In this document: positions 1-8,545 of the stretch, piece by piece | Layout: each line of letters opens with the position of its first letter | Position numbering within the stretch: position 1 is the first letter of the stretch | Origin: Acidimicrobiia bacterium | Lineage (GTDB): Bacteria > Actinomycetota > Acidimicrobiia > Acidimicrobiales > Aldehydirespiratoraceae | Direction of reading: 5' to 3' | Assembly (NCBI GenBank): GCA_024421095.1 | Contig: JAHQYM010000004.1 | Location: forward strand, 1-57,329 | DNA: 57,329 bases | Position numbers and translations under genes: made by a program | Notes under the pieces: generated by a model | What the model was told of the DNA's origin: nothing | The model's input: the letters and a program-made list of their open reading frames with translations, nothing else | Databases searched by the model: none

Positions 1-838
1 CGTCGCGTTTGTTGTGACGACGACTCAACTCAGCCAACGCACGGGATTTCATCGCCGCCAAAGTCGACTCGGCACGACCCAACACCTTCAACCGCGACCG
101 CAACCCCTCATCAGACAACCCCACCTCATCAACCAACGGCACCCGCAAAACCCCGCCGGCATTATCATCGCTGGCGGCGGGGAAGTAGGTCTGCACCGGT
201 GAAGTGCTATCGGTCCGCGAAGCTCCAGTGGTACAGTCACCTGACGCGGAGGAGGGCTGCATCCGTGAAGCACTATCGGTCCCCGATACTCCGGTGTTGG
301 CTTCACCGTTGGCCGCGGAGGAGGGTTGCATCCGTGAAGCACTATCGGTCCGCGATGTTCTTTGCGCGTCGTTGTCGGGGGCGGTCACCGCATCCGGTCG
401 CAACGGTGACGGGTTATCGGCCCGCGATGTTCTGGTGGTGCTACCTCTGGCTGCGTCAGAGGAGGGTTGCATCCGTGAAGCGCTATCGACCCGCCACGCC
501 CCACCGGCGCCATCGCTGGCCGCGGAGGAGGCCTGCATCCGTGAAGCACTATCGGTCCGCGATGTTCTTTGCGCGCCGTTGTCGGGGGCGGTCACCGCAT
601 CCGGTCGCAACGGTGACGGGTTATCGGCCCGCGATGCTCCAGTGGTACAGTCACCTGACGCGGAGGAGGGTTGCATCCGTGAAGCACTATCGGTCGGCGA
701 TGCTCCGGTGGTGGCGCCATCGCTGGCCGTGGAGGGGGTCTGTACCGGTGGAGTATTGTCGGTCCGCAACGCCCCGGCGGTGTTATCACCGTTGGCCGTA
801 CCTTCCTCAAAAAGCTCTGATGGTGTAAGTAAACTCAT
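1..838 (-). CDS. Partial gene (runs off the left edge): N-terminal tandem-repeat region followed by a probable DUF222/HNH (13E12-like) endonuclease-family domain
   Basis: Minus frame is open from ATG 838 to the window edge (MSLLTPSELF...). About 9 repeats like TDSASRMQPSSASGD are followed by LRSRLKVLGRAESTLAAMKSRALAELSRR, which resembles the start of actinobacterial DUF222 proteins. A -10 TAAGGT lies 7 nt upstream of the ATG. Not in the ORF track because no stop falls in the window. Confidence 0.55.
   Translation of the reverse strand, partial: MSLLTPSELFEEGTANGDNTAGALRTDNTPPVQTPSTASDGATTGASPTDSASRMQPSSASGDCTTGASRADNPSPLRPDAVTAPDNGAQRTSRTDSASRMQASSAASDGAGGAWRVDSASRMQPSSDAARGSTTRTSRADNPSPLRPDAVTAPDNDAQRTSRTDSASRMQPSSAANGEANTGVSGTDSASRMQPSSASGDCTTGASRTDSTSPVQTYFPAASDDNAGGVLRVPLVDEVGLSDEGLRSRLKVLGRAESTLAAMKSRALAELSRRHNKRD
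200..790. repeat. Coding tandem repeat, 66-72 bp units (22-24 aa), about 9 copies
   Basis: Recurring ...GGAGGAGGGTTGCATCCGTGAAGCACTATCGGT... with anchors near 209, 275, 344, 416, 485, 551, 623, 689 and 758. All spacings are multiples of 3. Confidence 0.9.
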
Positions 839-845
839 GGATCAA

Positions 846-868
846 ACCTTACTGACCCCCTGTGACAA
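846..868 (-). promoter_or_regulatory. PafBC/RecA-NDp-like DNA-damage promoter, leaderless
   Basis: Minus strand reads TTGTCAC-agggggtcag-TAAGGT-7 nt-ATG, matching the TGTCRN-N10-TANNNT geometry. Confidence 0.65.
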
Positions 869-1031
869 TGACCCCGTGAATTACTGAAAAATATTAAAAA
901 AATCCAAAATAATCTGTATAGCACAGAGAACGTAAACCTCTAAAATCCAGCGCACAGACGAGCACCGGGTCCATATTGAGCCCATCAGTCGAACCGGTAA
1001 CGCCGAGCCGACCGTCGTCGCGGAACTAAAT

Positions 1032-1312
1032 CACCCGTCGAGCTTGACGACTCCTCCGAGACTGGCTGGACTCGTTGAACACGCGGGGAATGTCGGTTGG
1101 CGTGGACGACCTGTCTAGTTTGGCGACTCCACCAAGGTTGGTGGATGGGTTGCGTTTGATACGTGGGTAATGTCGGTTGGTGTGGACGACCTGTATAGTT
1201 TGGCGACTTCACCGACGTTGGTTGGACTCGTCGAGCACGCGGCGAGTGTCGACTGGAGTTCAACCACCCGTCTAAGTTGACGACTCCACCGACGTTGGCT
1301 GAACCTCGACGA
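1032..1312. repeat. Degenerate non-coding tandem repeat, ~77 bp period, about 4 copies
   Basis: GRCGACTYC(A/T)CC anchors near 1046, 1122, 1202 and 1279. TGTCGGTTGGYGTGGACGACCTGTMTAGTTTGGCGACT occurs at 1091 and 1171. Confidence 0.75.
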
Positions 1313-1456
1313 TGAATACATTCTCCGGGTGCAGATCAGCCACCGGGTACACGTTCACGACCCGTCCGACAAGCCGGATCATCTCAACTCGGGAATGTGC
1401 AACAGCGAAACCGAACACCCCAACACCGCAACCCCACCAAAAACCAAAAACATGCT

Positions 1457-1708
1457 TGCGGTCACGTTCCAGACCGATCCTCCCTCGCGTTCAACTGGGG
1501 GCCCTCACCCCACTGACTGCACCCGTCAATGCGAAGAGCCCGATTACGTCATCCTCGGCACGTCTGGCGATGGTATTGTTGAGGTGCGGTCACGTTCCAG
1601 ACCGATCCTCCCTCGCGTTCAGCTGGGGCCCGCTCCCCACTGACTGCACCCCCGCACGCGAAGAGCCCGATTACGTCATCCTCGGCACGTCTGGCGATGG
1701 TATTGTTG
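1457..1708. repeat. Direct tandem duplication of ~125 bp (1457-1581 and 1585-1708)
   Basis: Near-identical TGCGGTCACGTTCCAGACCGATCCTCCCTCGCG...GGCACGTCTGGCGATGGTATTGTTG twice. Confidence 0.9.
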
Positions 1709-1845
1709 TACGTTGGCTGCGTGGACTAGGTGCGGTTGTGTATTGGTTTTCGTTTTCGATTTGTGTTCCTAGACTTGGGGGGCGTTGCCCGCTCACCGCT
1801 GTGACGGTGTTGGAGAATTCTGATATGAGAACGAAGCGCCGATAA

Positions 1846-2994
1846 ATGGGTTTGAGAGGGCCGCTTGCCGGTGTGAAGGTGTTGGAACTTGCGGGGTTGG
1901 GCGCGCTTCCGTATGGATCGTTGCGTTTAGCGGAGATGGGCGCTGAGGTTTTTCGGATTGATCGTTTGTCAGACGTAGCTAGCGAGAAGTCCGCTCAAGG
2001 TGACACTCTTTGGAACCGTGGAAGACGCTCAGTAGCGGTTGATCTCAAACATCCAGCCGGCGTGGAGGTTGTGTTGCGTTTGTCTGAACGTGTTGAAGTG
2101 TTTCTTGAAGCGTTCCGTCCGGGTGTGGTGGAACGTTTAGGAGTTGGCCCAAACGAAGTAATGGCCCGGAATCCGAAGGTGGTTTATGGCCGCCTCACGG
2201 GTTGGGGGCAAAATGGTGTCTTGTCACGTAGTGCCGGACATTCACTGAATTATGAGGCAATAACCGGGTTGATCCGTTCGGTTGGCCCTCACGGTGGTGC
2301 GCCAGTTCCTCAACTAAACGTCCACGGCGATTTCGCTGGTGGTGGGTTGACCATGGCATACGGAGTTGTGTGTGCTCTGCTTGAAGCCCGACAGTCAAAT
2401 GTGGGTCAGGTTCTCGACGTGGCGATGGTTGATGGTGCGGCATCTTTGGTGGGGATGTTTTACCCGTTGGCCGCGAGTGGTGCATATAGTGAGGATCTGG
2501 GTACTAATCTTTTGGATGGCGGAGCACCGTTTTATGCCATTTATGAATGTGCAGATGGTGGCTACATGTCGGTGGCCCCACTAGAACCGAATTTTTGGTC
2601 GTTGTTTTTGTCTTTGATTGGGGTTGACGAATCGGAGTTGCCTCCTCAATACGATCGTGATGGTTGGCCGTTCGTGAAAACCCGTTTAGCTAAGGTGTTT
2701 GCGAGTAAGTCTCGTGGCGAGTGGTGCGAGATTCTTGAAGGCACGGATGCGTGTTGCGCGCCAGTACTCACGTTCAATGAGGCTCGTGCTTACCAGCACA
2801 ATGTGGATCGTCAGACCTTTGTTGGCGAAGATGGCACGGAGGTGGCCCCGATCCCGAGGTTTAGTCGCACGCCTGGTGAGAGCAAGTTGGCGCCGGCTTG
2901 GGTGGGTGCCGATACCGACAAAGTTCTCACGGAGTTCGGATTCAGCCAAAACGAGATAACCCATCTCCGTTCAGTAAACGCGATAGACCGTTAA
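1846..2994 (+). CDS. CaiB/BaiF family III CoA-transferase / alpha-methylacyl-CoA racemase
   Basis: GPLAGVKVLELAGLG, NRGRRSVAVDLK, FRPGVVERLGVG, GDFAGGG and NLLDGGAPFY motifs. Confidence 0.9.
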   Translation: MGLRGPLAGVKVLELAGLGALPYGSLRLAEMGAEVFRIDRLSDVASEKSAQGDTLWNRGRRSVAVDLKHPAGVEVVLRLSERVEVFLEAFRPGVVERLGVGPNEVMARNPKVVYGRLTGWGQNGVLSRSAGHSLNYEAITGLIRSVGPHGGAPVPQLNVHGDFAGGGLTMAYGVVCALLEARQSNVGQVLDVAMVDGAASLVGMFYPLAASGAYSEDLGTNLLDGGAPFYAIYECADGGYMSVAPLEPNFWSLFLSLIGVDESELPPQYDRDGWPFVKTRLAKVFASKSRGEWCEILEGTDACCAPVLTFNEARAYQHNVDRQTFVGEDGTEVAPIPRFSRTPGESKLAPAWVGADTDKVLTEFGFSQNEITHLRSVNAIDR

Positions 2995-3266
2995 CAACGC
3001 TCGCTGGTGCGGATGTGCCATTCCCCACCCTGATGTCTGTTCGCGTGACAAGGAAGCGAAAAGCCCCAGACAATACCCAACCCAAACGAAACCAGACACA
3101 ACCCCTCCGTCCGTTAGCTATTAGTCGAGCACCGACTTCTTCTTTTGCTGAGAGTACCGCCGCAAACCTACCCACGAGCATCCAAAGAGTGCGGTTTCGC
3201 TATCGTAGGAACCAAGGACGGTAGCGTTACTGCTGCACCGCAATCAATGCACGAGGAAGATTTCGT

Positions 3267-6167
3267 ATGGATACCGATATGCGTGTTCAACAGGGATTTG
3301 AGTTTCTGCTGGACTCACAAGGCGAACAAGATATCCGCAGCCGATTAGCGCACCTCCTCAAAGAAATGGGCGCGGGAGATTACAAACTGGAAGTACGCGT
3401 CGGCACTGGCGCAGCTGACCTTGTGTGCCACCAGTACCGAGTGGTGATCGAAACCAAAGCCCGAAACGAGGCTGACCCAACAAAATCAAGATCGGGAACC
3501 AGCGAAACTCAATTCGAGCAGCTATCTCGATATGTCCAAACGCTTGCCGAAGGCCCCTTCACCGGTGGCGAAGAACGACCTTGGCGAGGGTTCTTGACAG
3601 ACGGCCGCCTTTGGTGGGGTTGGGAGTGGAACGCCGCAAGTGGGGCTTTCCAAACGCAAGATGGGCACTTGACCCCTCTGTCCAGTGCGAAACGCGTACG
3701 CATGACCGCTGTCGACGGCTTCCGCGAGTTCGTCAACCGGTATCTTGCGCCAGAGGCTCGCCGTGGTATGCCCCCGCCGCCATTTCCTTTGCGAATATTG
3801 TTTGACCCGTATATCAAAGAACTCCAAGCACTGTTGCCAAAAGTCGAATCGCAGCCCTCCTACGCAACAAAGTTCAATTTATGGTGGCGTACATTGCAAA
3901 GTTCGGGGTTGGTTGGCCCCGGTGCGGTCGGTCAAGCACACAACTTCGCTGAACACACAATCCTTGTTGTCGCCGCTCGCATGATTGTGCTCGCGGCGCG
4001 AGACGGTTCGCGTGTTGATGAACTACCTGAAGCGGTTGCAGATGGTTTTTGTGCCTGGCTCGGAGATTTCGAAGCTGGCTCGGTACTTTTGGAACGTCTG
4101 GCTCGCAGCGTTACGAAATATGACTGGCGAAGCGCCGATCGAGATTTGCTCAAAGAGTTGTATCACGATTTGGTTGATCGAGATGACCGCAAGGAATTCG
4201 GCGAATATTATACTCCTGATTGGCTGGCTGCTGATGTCGTGGATCAAGTGCTAATGAAAGATCCAGCCCGTCTGGATGCGGCAATCCAAGCCGCAGCACG
4301 AGCGATTGGCGTTGCTCAGAGTGCTGATGATGAACCGATGCGGGCATTTTCGGTTCTTGATCCTGCGTGTGGTTCTGGTACGTTCTTGTTTTGGTCAGCC
4401 AAAGCGATCACTAAACGTATTCGTGCGGCACACCCTCTTTTGGTTGGTTTCTCACGGGAGATCGTAGCGGCGATGGTGACTGGTTTGGATGTGCATCCGG
4501 TAGCTGTTGAGATGGCAAAAGCAACCCTAGCTACGGCTTTGCCAGCAGGTGCCGCGGTGCCTCTTCGTGTGCATCTTGCAGACGCATTGCTGCACTCACA
4601 ACAGACACAGCAAAACCTTCAGGGAACGCTTGGGGTTTTTTCGGCGCGTGGTCAACGCATTGATATCCCAGCAGCGGTCATTGAAGCACCCAACGCCGAT
4701 TCTCTGATTGCTTCCCTCGTTGATGCCGCCGTGGGGAACCGCAAATTAGTCACTACGGATCCAGAAACTCAGGAGATGCTCGGTGGAGTCGTAAAGCAGT
4801 TATCGAACGCCATTACCGACGAAGGCAGCCATTTTTGGCGTTGGTATATCGGCAACCAGGTTGCTCCGGCGGCGTTGAATCGGCAGAAGGTTATGGCGAT
4901 TGTCGCCAATCCGCCGTGGTTGGTGGCCAACGATACGCCCACAGGCATACGCAAAGACCAGTTGGCAACTCTCAGTGAACGGTACGGTTTGCGTCCGAAG
5001 GCAAGGTGGTCTGCGAAAGGAGATCTGGCCTCGGTATTCTCGGCGCGTGTGGCCGATCTTTATTTGGAGGACGGTGGCGCGTTCGGTCTTGTGCTGCCTG
5101 GAAGTGCGTTGATTAACCAGACATGGAAAACTTGGCGTTTAGGTGCTTGGGGTGACGCGCACGTCGATTTTGAGACTGTTGCGAGTTATGATGACGTTGA
5201 ACCGCCACCGTTTCCTCATTCTCCGAACGGTACTTGCACTGTTGTCGGCAAACGCAACAGTGCTGGCGGGCAATCGTGGAGCGATGCCGAGAAGCTTGCC
5301 TATGCGGGAGACCCGGTAACCCCAACGGTCACAGCAATGAGGTGCCGGGAGAGCGTTGCGTCGCGGTATGCAAAAAGGTTTCGGCGTGGTGCTGTGGCCT
5401 CACCTCTCGGACTTTGTTTAGTGCTGGCCCCGATTCAAATAGATGATGGCATAGCCACCGTTACCACGAAAGCATCCACCAAGGCTCCTTGGAAGGGTGT
5501 GAGTTTTACAACGGTTGTTGAGACCGAGGCGTTGCACAGGACACTTCGAGCGCAAACTCTGATGCCGTTTGTGTGTGCGCCCGATGCCTATTTTATCGCG
5601 CCGTTATCCATTGAGCGCACCACTGTTTTGGAGCTTCACAACCACGAGTTCAAAACACGATTACCTCTCACGCACGAGTACTGGGAAGAAGCTGAAACTC
5701 GGTATGCACGCAACCGGTCTGAAACGGCTGGGGTGACGTTATCGCAAAACGTAGATTTCCAGAGAACGCTCACGAGGCAAATCACCGCAAGCGATTCAAA
5801 GAAACTTAGCAAGGTTTTCTACAACAAATCTGGGGATAGGTTGAGGGCATGTCGGGGGCCAATCGGGCTTTTAGCAGATGACAAGACTTACTGGTATGTG
5901 GCATCGTCAGAAGATGAAGCATTGTATTTGATTGGAGTGCTGAACGCTGATTGCTTGCAGGAAGCGTGGCGAGAATCGAAGACCTCGAAACTGCATTTCG
6001 ATACTAACCCCCTGAAACATGTGCCCGTTCCGGCGTTCGATCGGAAGTCTGCATTACACGCTCGGGTTGTGGCGCAAGCGCGAAAATCTGAGCGGCAGCC
6101 CAAGGCTGCTCGTGTTGTGCTCAATGATGCGATTGCTGAATTGCTTCCAGATTATGCCGTTCTGTAG
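3267..6167 (+). CDS. Type IIG-like restriction-modification fusion: PD-(D/E)xK nuclease, N6-adenine methyltransferase and target-recognition domain
   Basis: N-terminal ADL...VIETKA and FLTDG motifs, GEYYTPDWLA, motif I VLDPACGSGTF, motif IV NPPW, C-terminal TRD-like region (YLIGVLNA...PVPAFD). Confidence 0.8.
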   Translation: MDTDMRVQQGFEFLLDSQGEQDIRSRLAHLLKEMGAGDYKLEVRVGTGAADLVCHQYRVVIETKARNEADPTKSRSGTSETQFEQLSRYVQTLAEGPFTGGEERPWRGFLTDGRLWWGWEWNAASGAFQTQDGHLTPLSSAKRVRMTAVDGFREFVNRYLAPEARRGMPPPPFPLRILFDPYIKELQALLPKVESQPSYATKFNLWWRTLQSSGLVGPGAVGQAHNFAEHTILVVAARMIVLAARDGSRVDELPEAVADGFCAWLGDFEAGSVLLERLARSVTKYDWRSADRDLLKELYHDLVDRDDRKEFGEYYTPDWLAADVVDQVLMKDPARLDAAIQAAARAIGVAQSADDEPMRAFSVLDPACGSGTFLFWSAKAITKRIRAAHPLLVGFSREIVAAMVTGLDVHPVAVEMAKATLATALPAGAAVPLRVHLADALLHSQQTQQNLQGTLGVFSARGQRIDIPAAVIEAPNADSLIASLVDAAVGNRKLVTTDPETQEMLGGVVKQLSNAITDEGSHFWRWYIGNQVAPAALNRQKVMAIVANPPWLVANDTPTGIRKDQLATLSERYGLRPKARWSAKGDLASVFSARVADLYLEDGGAFGLVLPGSALINQTWKTWRLGAWGDAHVDFETVASYDDVEPPPFPHSPNGTCTVVGKRNSAGGQSWSDAEKLAYAGDPVTPTVTAMRCRESVASRYAKRFRRGAVASPLGLCLVLAPIQIDDGIATVTTKASTKAPWKGVSFTTVVETEALHRTLRAQTLMPFVCAPDAYFIAPLSIERTTVLELHNHEFKTRLPLTHEYWEEAETRYARNRSETAGVTLSQNVDFQRTLTRQITASDSKKLSKVFYNKSGDRLRACRGPIGLLADDKTYWYVASSEDEALYLIGVLNADCLQEAWRESKTSKLHFDTNPLKHVPVPAFDRKSALHARVVAQARKSERQPKAARVVLNDAIAELLPDYAVL

Positions 6168-6723
6168 CTTGGGTAATTACGTTTCGGCTGCGTTCGTCTA
6201 GGTTCGCGCCTAATCCCTGAGCGTGCTGGGTGCCGGCATCACTCATCTTGGTGAGGGTCTTGGCCACGATGTCTGCCGCTTTGTTGTCGTCATTGAACCG
6301 GTCGAGCATCGGTTGAAGTTCCGTTTCTAGGAACGTCAGACTCACAGCGTCCTCAAAGGTTTGCACTTCGGGGTCGGAACCCAAGCCCTTTTTGGTCACT
6401 ATTTCGGAAGCCCTACTCGCTACCGAATCGGGTACCCCCGATTTGCTTAGCACCTCAAGCAGATCGCGGCCGTGACGTTTCCGTTGGTCTCGCCGCCAAC
6501 GCAGGTAGCCGGCTCGGCCGCTTGGATAGCTTGGTCGGGGAAGTTCCCAGCGGCGGAGATGGTGCGCTCGCGCGGCCAACCGCAGTGCCAGCGAAGCGTC
6601 GGGATCAAGGCGTTCTACCCATGCTTCGGCTTTACGGCCTTGGGCGAGCGCCAACGGTTCACGGTTATGTAAGCGAGGGTCGCAGGCGTTGATGGCATCG
6701 ATTGCGGCTTGAGGTTCGTTCAT
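6121..6723 (-). CDS. DUF4202 family protein
   Basis: AIDAINACDP, LRLAARAHHLRRWELPR, YPSGRAGYLRWR, VQTFEDAVSLTFL and KMS motifs. 3' end overlaps the RM gene by 47 nt. Confidence 0.8.
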   Translation of the reverse strand: MNEPQAAIDAINACDPRLHNREPLALAQGRKAEAWVERLDPDASLALRLAARAHHLRRWELPRPSYPSGRAGYLRWRRDQRKRHGRDLLEVLSKSGVPDSVASRASEIVTKKGLGSDPEVQTFEDAVSLTFLETELQPMLDRFNDDNKAADIVAKTLTKMSDAGTQHAQGLGANLDERSRNVITQATERHNLEAIQQSHH

Positions 6724-7052
6724 TGCAGCCTCCGCCGTCTACCTTATAGGCGCATTGTGCGCGGCCACAATCGCTGCAAACGTTCGCGGCGAGCGCTGCG
6801 GCGAGTTCTCCACAGCGACTCCAAGAGCGCTTAGTAGTCCGAATCTATTCGTAGAATTTGGTGAGAGTTCAGGCGCCTCGCCCGCAGAACCATAAAGCCC
6901 CCGTGCCACCCATCGCGTATTTGCATGCACGAACCAGATCGCCTGTATGTTGCCAGGGTTCAGTTACCAAAAAGTTGACGCGAAGTTGCACAGGCACCCC
7001 CAACCACCTCGACAACCCCGAGACTATTGACCGCCAAAATTAGCAGTACGGG

Positions 7053-7535
7053 CTATTCGACTAGAGCATCGTCGACCCGGTTGGTGGCTACCTCTTCGTC
7101 GACATCAAGGGCGAAAGCCAGTTCGGAAATCAACACGGTTCGCGCCTTCGTGTAGAGAGACTTCTCACCAGCCGAAAGGCCTTTGGTGTAGTTTCGCAGC
7201 GCCAAATTGCGCACAACTTCAGCGACTTGGTAGACATCACCCGACTTCAATTTTTCTTGGTGGTTCTTGAAGCGGCGAGACCAGTTGGCTGGCTCCCGAA
7301 CATCTCGCTTGGCAAGCACATCAATGAGGTCTGCGACATCTTCGTTTGAAATAGGCCAACGCATGCCGACTTGGTCTACTTGGTCGACCGGCACCGACAG
7401 CACTAGGTCTCCGTGCGCCATGCGTAGCACTAAGTATTCGCGCTCCTCACCGAAGGCAGTGCGCTTCTCCCGCTTTTCGATCACAGCGGCACCGTGATGC
7501 GGGTAAACAACACGGTCGCCAGGTTTGAAAGTCAC
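7053..7535 (-). CDS. carD: CarD family RNA polymerase-binding regulator
   Basis: FKPGDRVVYPHHGAA and NWSRRFKNHQEKLKSGD. GTG at 7535 follows an AAGGA RBS, so the ORF-track start at 7640 is likely too long. Confidence 0.92.
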   Translation of the reverse strand: MTFKPGDRVVYPHHGAAVIEKREKRTAFGEEREYLVLRMAHGDLVLSVPVDQVDQVGMRWPISNEDVADLIDVLAKRDVREPANWSRRFKNHQEKLKSGDVYQVAEVVRNLALRNYTKGLSAGEKSLYTKARTVLISELAFALDVDEEVATNRVDDALVE

Positions 7536-7630
7536 ACGGTTCCTTGAAGATAACGAAGCACCATCATCAAGGATGCCAGATTTGCAGCCGTTCTCAAACC
7601 TGCGCGGATAGGTGCGTTTGACATCCATGA

Positions 7631-8410
7631 TTAAATCCACCGCCTAATCCACTCTCCAGGCGAATCTAATGCTTCGTCGATACGTGTAATGAGCGAAGGT
7701 TCTAAGAGGTCACGTAGATCTTCAAGCAGGGTATCCTTCTCTGGCAAGTCTGCCAAACACCACCGAGCGAACGAACCGTCATCAAGCCAAGCGGCGATAG
7801 CCGGATCCATCCCCGGCCAGGGGGAACTGGCGTTTGAAGCTCGCTGGCGGAACGCATCCCAACCCAAGGTAAGCCCGGTACGCCGGTCGCGAAGTTGCCA
7901 CGGTTCTATCGCCTCATTACTGAGCGGGTGCAGCATCGCGATTGAACCCCAATTGAGTGGTTGCTCGGGCCCTAGACGCAAAGTTGCGCTGATGATGCTG
8001 TCAAGCCAAAACACATCCAACACATCAACAGGAGGCGTGTGTTCCTCGGGTGTGGCGATGCTGAGCACCCTCCGCCCCACATCAACAGCCGGCCCGAGTT
8101 CCGTTTTGATGTCTAGCGGAAGCGGGCGCCGTGGATCGATGATCTGAGCTGGTGCAGCACGGTTTACCACAACCGCGATAGTGGTGTTGTGCAGTTCGCC
8201 TTGAGCGCGCCCGATCAGGCGCGCTGCAAGTGGGTAGGCAACAGCCTGCACGCGTGGGCCGCAGCGCACACCCACAAGTGGGCCGTATGGGCTAACGGCG
8301 ATACCGTGAGGTGGTGGTAGGGCCAGTATTTCATTGTTGATGGCGGCGACACCACAATTTAGCTTGAGGGCGCGCCGGCCGAGGGTTGAGTTGGAAATGG
8401 GTTGAGCCAT
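7631..8410 (-). CDS. Hypothetical protein
   Basis: Long ORF with GGAG upstream of ATG 8410 and a C-terminal AAWLDDGSFARW motif. No function recognised. Confidence 0.7.
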   Translation of the reverse strand: MAQPISNSTLGRRALKLNCGVAAINNEILALPPPHGIAVSPYGPLVGVRCGPRVQAVAYPLAARLIGRAQGELHNTTIAVVVNRAAPAQIIDPRRPLPLDIKTELGPAVDVGRRVLSIATPEEHTPPVDVLDVFWLDSIISATLRLGPEQPLNWGSIAMLHPLSNEAIEPWQLRDRRTGLTLGWDAFRQRASNASSPWPGMDPAIAAWLDDGSFARWCLADLPEKDTLLEDLRDLLEPSLITRIDEALDSPGEWIRRWI

Positions 8411-8470
8411 CTTGGTCTCCGAAAAGTGTCGGTTTTGATGGCGTTCCAACCCGGATCGCGAGGGAACCTA

Positions 8471-8492
8471 AGCATGGCCGGGGGGTGTGACA
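8471..8492 (-). promoter_or_regulatory. PafBC/RecA-NDp-like promoter variant
   Basis: Minus strand reads TGTCAC-accccccggc-CATGCT, the same spacing as the copies at 846 and 18279. Confidence 0.5.
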
Positions 8493-8545
8493 CTGCGCTT
8501 TGAAGCAACGCTAGCCAACCGCCCGCAAGTGCGGTCGAGAGAGAA

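Noticed and set aside
199-887. Plus-strand ORFs 199-828 and 204-887
   Set aside because: Shadows of the repeat-rich minus-strand gene, which has the promoter and the recognisable domain start.
1032-1708. Possible CRISPR array
   Set aside because: No identical short repeats with unique spacers, and no cas genes.
6724-7052. Intergenic gap as a tRNA, ncRNA or small ORF
   Set aside because: No cloverleaf or recognisable motif, and the short ORFs lack support.
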